Assembly (NCBI GenBank): GCA_013151275.1
Contig: JAADIP010000158.1
Location: 1,622 to 65,621, forward strand
DNA from: Calditrichota bacterium
GTDB taxonomy: Bacteria > Calditrichota > Calditrichia > Calditrichales > Calditrichaceae
DNA: 64,000 bases
Direction: 5' to 3'
A program made the position numbers and the translations under genes. Under the pieces are notes generated by a model. That model made no database searches and was not told the DNA's origin. It worked only from the letters and a program-made list of their open reading frames with translations. Shown here one piece after another: positions 46,716 through 56,099 of the stretch. Within the stretch, counting starts at the first letter, position 1, and every line of letters begins with the position of its first letter.

Positions 46716-47486
46716 TCAAAAGAGCAAAACGGACAACAGATAATCATTTAGTAATATCAAGGCGGAAGAAAGCACAAAAGCCCGAATAGTGGATTTCCCG
46801 ACGCCTTCCGCGCCGCCTTCCGTACCGAAACCCACATGACAGCCGATTATCGCGGTAACCCCTCCGAACACAAAGGCTTTAATCAACCCGGACATCACAT
46901 TCATTATCGTAAAAAACTCTTTGACGCTGCCGAAAAAAATCTCCGGCGAAAGACCAAGATTCAGATAGGCTACAAAATAAGCGCCCAAAAGTCCCACAAA
47001 ATCTGCAAATATCGTCAATATGGGAACCATGATAAAACCGGAAAGGATTCTCGGCATGGCTAAGTAGCGGAGCGGATCGATAGCCAGCGCTTCCAGGGCA
47101 TCGATTTGCTCGGTGACCTTCATCGTGCCGATTTCGGCTGCAATGGACGCCGAAACCCTTCCCGCCGCAACCAGAGCCGTTAAAACAGGTCCTAATTCGA
47201 TAAATATGGCGATACTTGTGGCTGCGCCGAGATAGTTAAAAGAGATGTAGCCTTCCAACTGATAGGCGGTTTGCACGGAAGCCACGGCGCCGGCAAACAC
47301 ACCCACAAAGATAACCAGCGGCAGAGAACGAACGCCGATTTCCAGCATTTGTTGAAAAACCAGACTGCGGTTTCGCCAGACTTCGGATAAATATTTGAAG
47401 ACGCGCCACACCATTATAAAAACAGCGCCGGCTTCCTGAAAGAAGCTGAGCGTTCGATAACCGATCGATTCGATAAATTTGATCAT
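46716..47486 (-). CDS. mlaE: MlaE-family ABC permease
   Basis: IELGPVLTAL..AGRVSASIAAEIGTMKVTEQIDALE, GGAEGVGKST; probable ATG 47486 one base after the upstream stop (ORF track TTG 47504). Confidence 0.92.
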   Translation of the reverse strand: MIKFIESIGYRTLSFFQEAGAVFIMVWRVFKYLSEVWRNRSLVFQQMLEIGVRSLPLVIFVGVFAGAVASVQTAYQLEGYISFNYLGAATSIAIFIELGPVLTALVAAGRVSASIAAEIGTMKVTEQIDALEALAIDPLRYLAMPRILSGFIMVPILTIFADFVGLLGAYFVAYLNLGLSPEIFFGSVKEFFTIMNVMSGLIKAFVFGGVTAIIGCHVGFGTEGGAEGVGKSTIRAFVLSSALILLNDYLLSVLLF

Positions 47487-47487
47487 C

Positions 47488-50400
47488 TCAAAAATCAACG
47501 CCAATTGAAATATAATGCATAGGCTTACTCGAGCTCACAAGGTCATAGCGCCAGGCAACATCGTATTTTAAAATGAATCCCAAAAAGCTAAGGAAAACCC
47601 GCGTTCCGACTCCGTAACCCATTACGATATCTTTTAATCTTCCTTTTTCCATGCCCTTAAAACCCTTTTCAAATCTGGAATCCCACGCCGTTCCGATATC
47701 CGTAAATATCACGCCTTTTATATTCCCGAGCCTCATGGGAGGAAATCCCAATTGCATGTAGGGGATAAACGGAAAGCGAAACTCTCCGTTAAAAAGGAAA
47801 ACGTTGTTTCCCGTTTTTTCGTAAAAACGCGCGCCCCGCAAAGGCGTAATAAATTCGGAAAAATACACGTCATAAATAGAGGTTAATCTTAAATCGCCGT
47901 TGAATTTGCGATTTAACCAATTGATTTCGCCTCCGAGAAAAAATTGCTGCGGATTTTTCCCCCGGCTTATTCCCGAATTTATCCGCAAACCTAATGAATA
48001 ATTATCGCTCAATTTAATGTACTTGCGCAAATCAACCAACAAAGTGGCAAATTCCGGACTGTTTTTGGTATAATGCGGACTGACCGTAAAACTAACCGAT
48101 CCCCTGAAACCGTCTCTCGGCGCAGTATCCGTGTAATACCACTCGGACGTATCGTGAACCAGCCGCAAACCGGGAAGAATACTCCGCACGTTTTGAGAAT
48201 AATTATTGATCAGCAGGTATTCCAGCGAAGAGTTCCACCAGTTCACATAAAAATCGACTCTCGTAAATTTGTTAAACGGTCTCGATGCTAAAAACCAGGC
48301 GCCGTAATTCCGATAGCGGATCAGTCCGTAATACCCCGAAAGATAGGTATTAGCGTAATGAAAAAGCGTAATTCCGTAATCCGTCCGGCGCGGAAGATAC
48401 CAGTATTGAAAATTGATGTAGCTGTTGCGCAAATCGAACACAAGGTTTGTTCCGAGAAAAATTTTGTGATTGCCGAGAACATCGCTGAAAGCAATGGCTG
48501 TGTATCCCTGAAATCCCCATAAGGTATTATAATAAGCCGCGCCGTTTACAATGTCCGGCGAAAATTTTACTTTGTAATTTCGGACTTTGTAATGACCGTC
48601 GTTGAATTTGTACTCTTTTTTGTTTAAGCGGACTTTAACCTTTTTCACCTGCGTACGCCTTGCCATATCCGCAAACACATATTTGCTGTAATCGGTGCTT
48701 AACGGAACCTTTACCTGTTTTTGCACTGAATCGGCTTTAACCAACGTTCTGCGCGGTAAACTTTTTTTCTTCTTTTCTTTTTCCAGTCTTTTGAAGAATA
48801 CGGTCTTTTCGAGCTGCACGGGACCCAGCTCCAGCGGATTTTTGATTAAATAGATATCCCAGCCGCCTTCCTCGAAAGAGGTAAAAACCAATTGCTTTCC
48901 GTCCTGATCCAACGACAACTGAAAGGCGCCGGTCAATAAATTTGTAACAGCCCAGCTACTATCCTTCTCCAAATCGTGACGGTAGATATTAAAAATTCCG
49001 TTCCGGTCGCTCACATAAAAAAGTGTTTTATTATCGGGCGCAAAGATAGGATCCGCTTCCCGGTAAGGCGTATCGGTAATCCGTTTCATTCCGGAGCCGT
49101 CTTTATTAACGATATAAATATCGTTGTTGCGAAAATTATGTTTTGAAATATCAAACTCTTTCGGAATGGAATCGGGATTCACATATTTGCCGCGGTCAGA
49201 GACAAACACAATCTTTTGCCCGTCGCTCGACCATTTGGGATAACCGTCCGAGAAAACATCGTCGGTGATTTTTTTCAGCGATTCATCTTTAACATTGAAA
49301 ATATAAATATCGCTTGCGCCGTCCATGTTTCCGATAAACGCAATTTCGTCGCCCGCCGGCGACCAGGTTGCGGAATAAATTCCGTCAAGATTAAACTTAT
49401 ATTGTTTAAAATCGTCTTTATCGAGATCGTAAATGTAAATCGCGTCCTGATCTCCCGCTTTAGCCGCAAGAACTATTTTCCTGCCGTCCGGCGACCAGCC
49501 CATCCCGGGAGTCAACCATTTCAATTCTTCAAAATTGGTGGAGGTCTCCCCTTTGATCAACCGTTTAATAATTTTATTTTCAATGACATCCATTAAATAG
49601 ATGGATTGCTTTCCGCCCCGATCGGACAAAAAGACCAGTTTATCGCCGCGCGGAGAAAGGGCGGGACTGCTGTTTAAAAAATTACGTTTCTTTTTATGAT
49701 CGGTTAATTGACGGGCAATATCGCTCGCTTCTTTGCGATCGGCAATATCGGGCCAATACTCCTTTCGCATCTGTTTTTGCCACTCTTCGGACAACTCTTT
49801 CAGATTAATCCCCAAAGCCGATTTAAAGGCGCCTTCAAAACGAAAGCTGCCCTTAATTTTATGCAATATTTCGCCCACCTTTTGCCGACCGTATTTTTCG
49901 GAGATATAACGAAAAAGACTTTGTCCGCCCTGATAAGCCAGATAATAACTCAGATATTCAATGGGCGGCAAATAGCCGGAAATAGTAGCGTCTCTTAAAA
50001 TCATATCCGCCCGGGTATCCCAACCCACCGAAAGAAACTCCGCCAAACCCTCGGCAAACCAGGTCGGCACGGGCACAACCTGTCCCGAAATTATGGACTG
50101 CAACGAACCGCCGTAAAGCATATCGTTCATCACCGCATGAACCAATTCATGATGAATTACGTGGCGGAATTGATCATACGAACCTTCATAAGGAATTACG
50201 ACCCTATTTTTGAACAGCTCGGTAACTCCGCCGACGCCTTCCGGCAGAAACTCCTCCACCACATTGGTTTGCTGAAAATCGTTGTGCGATTTATAAACAA
50301 TAATCACCACTCGCTTGGAAAGGTCGTAATTAAAATCCTGTTGCAACTGGACGTAAGATGTTTCCGCAATATTAGCCACAAAAGTAGCTATTTTATAACT

Positions 50401-50547
50401 TCCTTTATAAAAATAAACGTCGAAGTGCTCCGATTGTACATAATGCCAATCAAACTCTTTATACTGTACTTTGTTCTTCCCGAATTGAGCCCGCAGCGGA
50501 AGTGATGTCAACATTAAAATAAAAATTAATGGCATCAATTTACGCAT
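47488..50547 (-). CDS. Omp85/BamA-family outer membrane protein with N-terminal gluzincin peptidase (MA-like) and PD40/TolB-like beta-propeller
   Basis: Signal peptide QFGKNKVQY; HHELVH...WFAEGLAE; SPALSPRGD, WSPDG, WSPAG, WSSDG, FAPDN repeats; barrel end GYGVGTR...YISIGVDF. Confidence 0.85.
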   Translation of the reverse strand: MRKLMPLIFILMLTSLPLRAQFGKNKVQYKEFDWHYVQSEHFDVYFYKGSYKIATFVANIAETSYVQLQQDFNYDLSKRVVIIVYKSHNDFQQTNVVEEFLPEGVGGVTELFKNRVVIPYEGSYDQFRHVIHHELVHAVMNDMLYGGSLQSIISGQVVPVPTWFAEGLAEFLSVGWDTRADMILRDATISGYLPPIEYLSYYLAYQGGQSLFRYISEKYGRQKVGEILHKIKGSFRFEGAFKSALGINLKELSEEWQKQMRKEYWPDIADRKEASDIARQLTDHKKKRNFLNSSPALSPRGDKLVFLSDRGGKQSIYLMDVIENKIIKRLIKGETSTNFEELKWLTPGMGWSPDGRKIVLAAKAGDQDAIYIYDLDKDDFKQYKFNLDGIYSATWSPAGDEIAFIGNMDGASDIYIFNVKDESLKKITDDVFSDGYPKWSSDGQKIVFVSDRGKYVNPDSIPKEFDISKHNFRNNDIYIVNKDGSGMKRITDTPYREADPIFAPDNKTLFYVSDRNGIFNIYRHDLEKDSSWAVTNLLTGAFQLSLDQDGKQLVFTSFEEGGWDIYLIKNPLELGPVQLEKTVFFKRLEKEKKKKSLPRRTLVKADSVQKQVKVPLSTDYSKYVFADMARRTQVKKVKVRLNKKEYKFNDGHYKVRNYKVKFSPDIVNGAAYYNTLWGFQGYTAIAFSDVLGNHKIFLGTNLVFDLRNSYINFQYWYLPRRTDYGITLFHYANTYLSGYYGLIRYRNYGAWFLASRPFNKFTRVDFYVNWWNSSLEYLLINNYSQNVRSILPGLRLVHDTSEWYYTDTAPRDGFRGSVSFTVSPHYTKNSPEFATLLVDLRKYIKLSDNYSLGLRINSGISRGKNPQQFFLGGEINWLNRKFNGDLRLTSIYDVYFSEFITPLRGARFYEKTGNNVFLFNGEFRFPFIPYMQLGFPPMRLGNIKGVIFTDIGTAWDSRFEKGFKGMEKGRLKDIVMGYGVGTRVFLSFLGFILKYDVAWRYDLVSSSKPMHYISIGVDF

Positions 50548-50679
50548 AATTTGCCTCCAACTAAACCGTTAAATTCAAAGTAAAGATAATCTCGTCAACA
50601 TTCAAGACAAAAGTGATTTGAACATTTGATGTTTCACTGTTATATTAATCCCGCTTATTAATAACGAAAATAACGTAAG

Positions 50680-51057
50680 ATGAGTTCTGTGCAAAAATAT
50701 TTTAGATTTTTCATTATCGCGGCTCTTTTGTTTTCATTCGGCTGTCAAAAACAAGATAAAAACAATCTGATTGACAAAAAAACATTTGGCGCTTTAATTG
50801 CCGAGATGATGACTATTCAGTATCTGAAAATCGATAAAGAGGAAAAGACTCTTCTTGTCAAGAACTTGTTTTCCAAATATGGCGTTACCAAGGGAATGTT
50901 CATAAAAACACGGGATTATTATTCAAAGGACCCCGTGTATTGGGAAAAAATCTTTAAGATAGTTAAGCAAAAACTAAACGAAGAAACCGTTAAGGAGCGC
51001 AGAAAAACGGCAAACCGCCCGCTAAAAGAGGCGTTAAAAAAATACCCCGATAAATAA
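50680..51057 (+). CDS. DUF4296-like lipoprotein
   Basis: LFSFGC lipobox; LFSKYGVT...F.....YY..DP..W..I pattern. Confidence 0.65.
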   Translation: MSSVQKYFRFFIIAALLFSFGCQKQDKNNLIDKKTFGALIAEMMTIQYLKIDKEEKTLLVKNLFSKYGVTKGMFIKTRDYYSKDPVYWEKIFKIVKQKLNEETVKERRKTANRPLKEALKKYPDK

Positions 51058-51085
51058 CTTTGCAGAATATCCGAATCGGAAAGCT

Positions 51086-53086
51086 TTATTTTTTAGCCTT
51101 ATTCACGTTCTTGCTTACTAAAAAATCCGCCCAGATTATTGTCGCAAGCGCGGGATTAAAATCTTCGATACCCACGGGATTTAAGCGTTCGTTAAAATGC
51201 AGACCCTCCGGAATATAGCCGAGAATTCCCTCATTTACCAGATCGAAAAGAGGGGTGAAATAATTTTTCCATATTTTATCGATTTTATCCGCGTCGTCCG
51301 AATATTTCAGCAGCGCCTGCACATAAAAAATAATTGTCCAGGGCCATACGGCGCCGTTGTAAAAATCAAGTAATTCCGTTGTATCCGAATACTCGTTTTT
51401 CCGATATCCGCTGTCATAAATCGACTGGGAACGCAAACCATAAGGCGTGAGCAATTCTTCTTCGATTCGGGATAGAACCTTTTTGGCAAAAGCATCGTCG
51501 CACACGGAAAAGGGCAAACAAAGAGGAATAATCTGATTAAGTCTGAAATCCTCGTTAGCCGAATCGTGATTGATAAAATCATAAAAAATTATTTTTGATT
51601 TACTGACAAATTTTTTATTAAAACTTTCCCGCACTTTTTCCGCCAGTTGCCGATATTTTGCGGTAAGACGCCGCTTTTTTAATTTTGAACTGAAAAGTTC
51701 CAGAGTTTTTAAGGCGTTATACCAAAGGGCGTTTACTTCTAACAATTTTCCGTAACGATACACCTCATTATTTTCTTTTTTTAACGGGAACCACGAAACA
51801 TTAATCGAACGATCGCCCGCAAAAACAAGTCCGTCTTTTCCGGCATAAATATTAAACGTTGTTCCTTTTAAATAACAATCGACAATCGAGCGAAGTTTTT
51901 CGAATAACTGTCCTTCGATAAATTGCAAATCGCCGGTGATCTTGTAATACAAATAAATTACGTAAATCAGCCATAAGCCCAAATCCGCCTGATTGTACAC
52001 CGGTTTTTCATCTTTTACGGGATAATTGGTGGGAAGCAGCCCGGAATCGAGATAGTTGAGAATATTCAGAATTGTGTTCTTAAAATGCGCGTAATTTTTT
52101 GTCGTGTAAAGGATAGCGGCTAATTCGAGCAAAAAGTGAAGCAGGTTCTTCTGATTATTCATCTGGGAAACAGGGAATTCAAATTTATCTTCGCGAAAAA
52201 GGATGGATCGTTGCAACGATTTCCCTATTGGGGTTACCAAAGGATTACGGGTAGAATAATTGAACAAATTGAGATCGCGACGTTTGGTTTCCCGGTAAAA
52301 TTGTTCTTCAAAATCCAGTTTAAAATCGTCCAGAGAATCGGTGGCAACAAAAAGATCGAATTTTTCGTAAGGCTTTAATTCCACCTGAAAAAAGCCCGGG
52401 TTAAAAAGATCTTCTTTGCTCTGTCCGTATTTTTGAAAATCTTTAGCATAAATAAAGCTGTGATACCACAAAGAAGCCGTAATGAATTCGCCTTTGTCAA
52501 AATAAATGTACAATTCCGGCATTTCGGGTCGCGGCGCCCAGCGGACAAAAGAGTTGCCCAAATAGGTATCGGTGTTCAAACCCTGAATTTCGCGGTTTAA
52601 CAAATCGTTGAAGCGCACGGCAATAAAGGGTTTAATAACCAGAGTAACGGGGCGTCCCTGATTCATTAATTCGTAACGAACAAGTAAAATGTTTTGATGT
52701 TCCAAAAGAAACAATACTTTGCGGATACGACGGTCTTCGATTTTGTAAACAAAGGTGGGAAAAGGATTTAAAGAAAATTTCTCCTGATACTGATAACCGT
52801 GGGGATAAACGCTGTCCTTGTAGCGGTTAGTCGAAATTTCGAACAACCGGTTTTCAATAAAAATAGTCTCTTCAAATTTGGCAAGCGTTACAACTTTTCG
52901 GTCCAACGACGAATGAGGGACCACAAGTAATCCGTGTTCGCGGCGCAGATTCATTCCGGTTACACTTGAACTGGAATAGGCGCCGAGTGCATTTGATTCG
53001 AGCCATTCGTAACGTTGAAACTCATTGATATTATGCAACACATCCTTATGAAATTCCATAATCTTTCCTTCGTCTCCTGTTTTCAT
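51086..53086 (-). CDS. Glycogen debranching enzyme-like protein (GDE_N + amylo-alpha-1,6-glucosidase domain), catalytic motifs degenerate
   Basis: EWLESNALGAYSS, RREHGLL, GKLLEVNALWYNAL, LLTPYGLRS, YNGAVWPW conserved; canonical WGRD and TWMD segments not found. Confidence 0.8.
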   Translation of the reverse strand: MKTGDEGKIMEFHKDVLHNINEFQRYEWLESNALGAYSSSSVTGMNLRREHGLLVVPHSSLDRKVVTLAKFEETIFIENRLFEISTNRYKDSVYPHGYQYQEKFSLNPFPTFVYKIEDRRIRKVLFLLEHQNILLVRYELMNQGRPVTLVIKPFIAVRFNDLLNREIQGLNTDTYLGNSFVRWAPRPEMPELYIYFDKGEFITASLWYHSFIYAKDFQKYGQSKEDLFNPGFFQVELKPYEKFDLFVATDSLDDFKLDFEEQFYRETKRRDLNLFNYSTRNPLVTPIGKSLQRSILFREDKFEFPVSQMNNQKNLLHFLLELAAILYTTKNYAHFKNTILNILNYLDSGLLPTNYPVKDEKPVYNQADLGLWLIYVIYLYYKITGDLQFIEGQLFEKLRSIVDCYLKGTTFNIYAGKDGLVFAGDRSINVSWFPLKKENNEVYRYGKLLEVNALWYNALKTLELFSSKLKKRRLTAKYRQLAEKVRESFNKKFVSKSKIIFYDFINHDSANEDFRLNQIIPLCLPFSVCDDAFAKKVLSRIEEELLTPYGLRSQSIYDSGYRKNEYSDTTELLDFYNGAVWPWTIIFYVQALLKYSDDADKIDKIWKNYFTPLFDLVNEGILGYIPEGLHFNERLNPVGIEDFNPALATIIWADFLVSKNVNKAKK

Positions 53087-53157
53087 TGATTAAATACTAA
53101 CTTAAGTTTTGTGAAAAATAAATTAAAAATCGTGTTTCATGTCAAAGAAAAATTGTT

Positions 53158-54963
53158 TTATTGAGCTCCCTTTCTTTTAATTACGGCAATAAATGTTTCC
53201 CATAATAACCTGAGATAGCCCCTTAAACTGACAACTTCGCGGTACTCGCCCAACCTCTCCTGTTCCAAAGCCGATAAAGAAATCAACGCCGATTGAAAGC
53301 TGTCGTGAAGCGCCCTGTCTTCCGCCGTTAAATCCGATCGTCCTCTTGCCTGCCAGAAACCTGCTAAGCCCAATCGTCCCTGAAAACGGATTCTGGCTAC
53401 CTCCGACATATCGAGATTATCGCTCCTTAAACCCTCCGCCTGCAATATTTCCGCCTCTTGTTTCGGCAACGCCCAAATTCCCACCAGACTCAGATCGCCT
53501 TTTAACACATTGATTAAAAGCGGCAGTTCATCCAGACTTGTTCTTCTTAAAAATCTTCCTACCCGGGTTACCCGCGGATCATTCTCGATTTTCCGATAGG
53601 GTCCCGATTTGTACACATTTTTGTTTTCGGATTCGTTCAGACGATTATCGGCATTCTCGTACATTGTACGAAAAACATAATATTTTACCGATTCTTCTTT
53701 TATATATTGATAGTGATTTTTATCTTTAGATTCAAATTTAGGTCTTTTTAATCTTTCACTAACATAAAACACCGACCCGCGCGAATCCAATTTAATGAGA
53801 ATTGCAATAATTAAAAAGAGCGGTAAAAGCAAAATCAAACCGATCAGCGCGATTGTTTTGTCGATCAAACCGATAAGCAGACGATTTGCCTTAACCTTCA
53901 ACGGTTCTTTTAAATAGTCGCTGATAATAAAATTTTCTTCCACAAACGTGCCGAATAAATTTTTCAGTGAAATGTAGCAATTCTTAGCCACAATCGAATC
54001 TCTCAACTCCACCATTTTGCCGATATAGGTGTTATCCAAAATAATGCTTTGGGTTATCGTTGCGCCGCGATCTATTTTAACGTTGTTTCCTATTATCGCC
54101 GGACCGCGAACGGTAACTTCTTTGCCGATCTCGCAACGGTCGCCGATCAAAATCGGTCCGACGGCGTCCTCCTCAAAATTAGCCTTGATCCTGCAGCCCC
54201 GCCCGATGATAATATCGTCTTTAACGGGTCTCCCCTCGATCCATTCTTTAAAAATTCCCTGTTCCAGCAATTTCAAATTTAGTTTCCAGTAATAATGCAA
54301 AGAAGAGAGGGGTTCAAAAAAACCGTCGGTCTTAATCACATTAATATCGACATTTTTCCGAAGTAAAGCGGAGACCAGGTCTTGCGCTATCGAATTTATA
54401 TTTTTGTCGTCCAAAAAATCCAAAAGATCGGGTTCCAACAAATACAGCCCGGTTAAAAGCAGCGTCTGTTCATTTTCCCTCGATTTTTTAATCCGGTTTA
54501 TTTTCAGCAGCTTTTTGCTTTCCGGATCGTATTGAATTTCAAAATGATTTTTAATCGGATTAAATTCGGCGCAAACCAGCGAAAGCATTTTTTGGGAAGC
54601 CTTATGTTCGGCGACGGCTTTTTCCCAGTTCAAAAAGGTAAAAAAATCGGCGTCGCTAAAAATAAAAGGAGCGTCCAAAGAGCTGCGAATTTTTCGCAGA
54701 CAGCGGAAATCGCCGTATAATTCTTTTTCCAGAGAATACGAAATTTTTACGCCCAACCTTTTTCCGTCCTTAAAATACCGCTCAACCTGTTCCGGAAAAT
54801 TGTGCAGAATTATTTTAATATCTTCGATACCCGCCTTTTTGGCTTGAAGGATGTAATATTCGAGCATCGGACGATTTAACAAAGGCGCCATCGCTTTGGG
54901 AATTAACCGGGTAAGCGGATTCAGAGAGTGATCCACGCCTTTTACGAAAAAAACCGCTTTCAT
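53158..54963 (-). CDS. Fusion: degenerate NDP-sugar pyrophosphorylase-like domain + left-handed beta-helix + bacterial sugar (phosphoglycosyl) transferase domain
   Basis: [24 protein letters not shown]-terminus; hexapeptide repeats ([13 protein letters not shown]...); [20 protein letters not shown]...GDLSLVG. Confidence 0.82.
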   Translation of the reverse strand: MKAVFFVKGVDHSLNPLTRLIPKAMAPLLNRPMLEYYILQAKKAGIEDIKIILHNFPEQVERYFKDGKRLGVKISYSLEKELYGDFRCLRKIRSSLDAPFIFSDADFFTFLNWEKAVAEHKASQKMLSLVCAEFNPIKNHFEIQYDPESKKLLKINRIKKSRENEQTLLLTGLYLLEPDLLDFLDDKNINSIAQDLVSALLRKNVDINVIKTDGFFEPLSSLHYYWKLNLKLLEQGIFKEWIEGRPVKDDIIIGRGCRIKANFEEDAVGPILIGDRCEIGKEVTVRGPAIIGNNVKIDRGATITQSIILDNTYIGKMVELRDSIVAKNCYISLKNLFGTFVEENFIISDYLKEPLKVKANRLLIGLIDKTIALIGLILLLPLFLIIAILIKLDSRGSVFYVSERLKRPKFESKDKNHYQYIKEESVKYYVFRTMYENADNRLNESENKNVYKSGPYRKIENDPRVTRVGRFLRRTSLDELPLLINVLKGDLSLVGIWALPKQEAEILQAEGLRSDNLDMSEVARIRFQGRLGLAGFWQARGRSDLTAEDRALHDSFQSALISLSALEQERLGEYREVVSLRGYLRLLWETFIAVIKRKGAQ

Positions 54964-55514
54964 CCGACATCCTTAAATGATTTTCTGACCTCGAGACAGT
55001 GTCTGTTTTTTTCGTCAAGGATGAACCGGGTTTCATCCATAAACTTCACAATGATCGAAAGTCCCATGCCCCCGGCTGAAATATGTTGAAGAATATCGTC
55101 GAGAGGCATATCTTTGACATTTTTTTTAAACCAGAGCTTTAAAGAACGTTCATTCTCCACATAACCTCTCAGCTCGCCGTCAAGCGTTGTTAAAATCAAA
55201 TGATCGGTGCCTATGAGTTTTTTGGGGTATGGCGGGTAATATCCGTTAATTTTCATTCCCTTCCCCTCATCCGGAAAACGGATTAAAAGCGAGGGTTTTT
55301 GCAGTTCAAAATAAATTGTTACCAACTGATCTTTTGATTTGGGCGTATGTTTTAAGATGTTGACAAACGCCTCATTTACCGTTGATCTCAATTGTCCGGA
55401 CAACAATTCGGGGTCTTTTACCTTGAAATGTTGAATGAGAATATCCACAAAATTCTCAACGGTCGCCAAATATTCCAGATCTGACGGCACGGACAAAATA
55501 ATTTGTTTTTGCAT
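54960..55514 (-). CDS. Anti-sigma factor / Ser kinase (RsbW-like, HATPase_c_2)
   Basis: VPSDLEYL, VNEAFVNILKH N-box, DEGKG G1, GGMGLSII G2; directly downstream of a STAS gene. Confidence 0.85.
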   Translation of the reverse strand: MQKQIILSVPSDLEYLATVENFVDILIQHFKVKDPELLSGQLRSTVNEAFVNILKHTPKSKDQLVTIYFELQKPSLLIRFPDEGKGMKINGYYPPYPKKLIGTDHLILTTLDGELRGYVENERSLKLWFKKNVKDMPLDDILQHISAGGMGLSIIVKFMDETRFILDEKNRHCLEVRKSFKDVG

Positions 55515-55518
55515 GATT

Positions 55519-55854
55519 TTAAAAACTGTTTATTGCGTCTTCCTGTTTATCAAAAATATCAAAAATCCGATAAAGTCTCGTTAATTCAAACATGGCGCGT
55601 ACCGGCGGCTGTAAACCGACGATCTTTAAATCTCCGTTGCGCATTGTCGCTTTTTTTAAGCCAGCCACCAGAGCGCCTAAAAACGAACTGTCCACAAATT
55701 CGCATTCGCTTAAATCCACCACCACATTTGAGGTTTGTTCGTCGATCTTTTTAAGGAGCTCTTCTTTAAGCTGTCCCGAAAATTCAACGGTCGCGCGCTT
55801 CTTGTGAATTTTCGCCACCAGTACCCCGTTTTTCAGATCAAATGAAAATTCCAT
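55519..55854 (-). CDS. STAS-domain anti-anti-sigma factor (RsbV/SpoIIAA-like)
   Basis: VVVDLSECEFVDSSFLGALV with the phospho-acceptor Ser; AGGAG RBS. Confidence 0.92.
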   Translation of the reverse strand: MEFSFDLKNGVLVAKIHKKRATVEFSGQLKEELLKKIDEQTSNVVVDLSECEFVDSSFLGALVAGLKKATMRNGDLKIVGLQPPVRAMFELTRLYRIFDIFDKQEDAINSF

Positions 55855-56099
55855 ATTTGCTCTCCTTTTATCTTATTATTTCGCTTGTCGTTAAAAATCT
55901 TTAACCTGCCGGGATTAAAAATTCCGTTGTTTCCTCATTATTTGCCTTTCCTCTATTTTTAAGAACGAAAGCAGGTTATTGGCGTTCCCCTTGCCGGGAA
56001 CGGAAAACCGACCGACCTTTTTTAAAGAGCAGGCTGCCTTTTTTCGCCCCCCAATAAAGGCGTCTTACTTTTTGCGGACTGCGCTGTTTAGACATCCGC

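Noticed and set aside
55980-55994. TGGCGTTCCCCTTGC sigma54-like box
   Set aside because: Points antisense into the epimerase 3' end, not toward a gene; weak central match.
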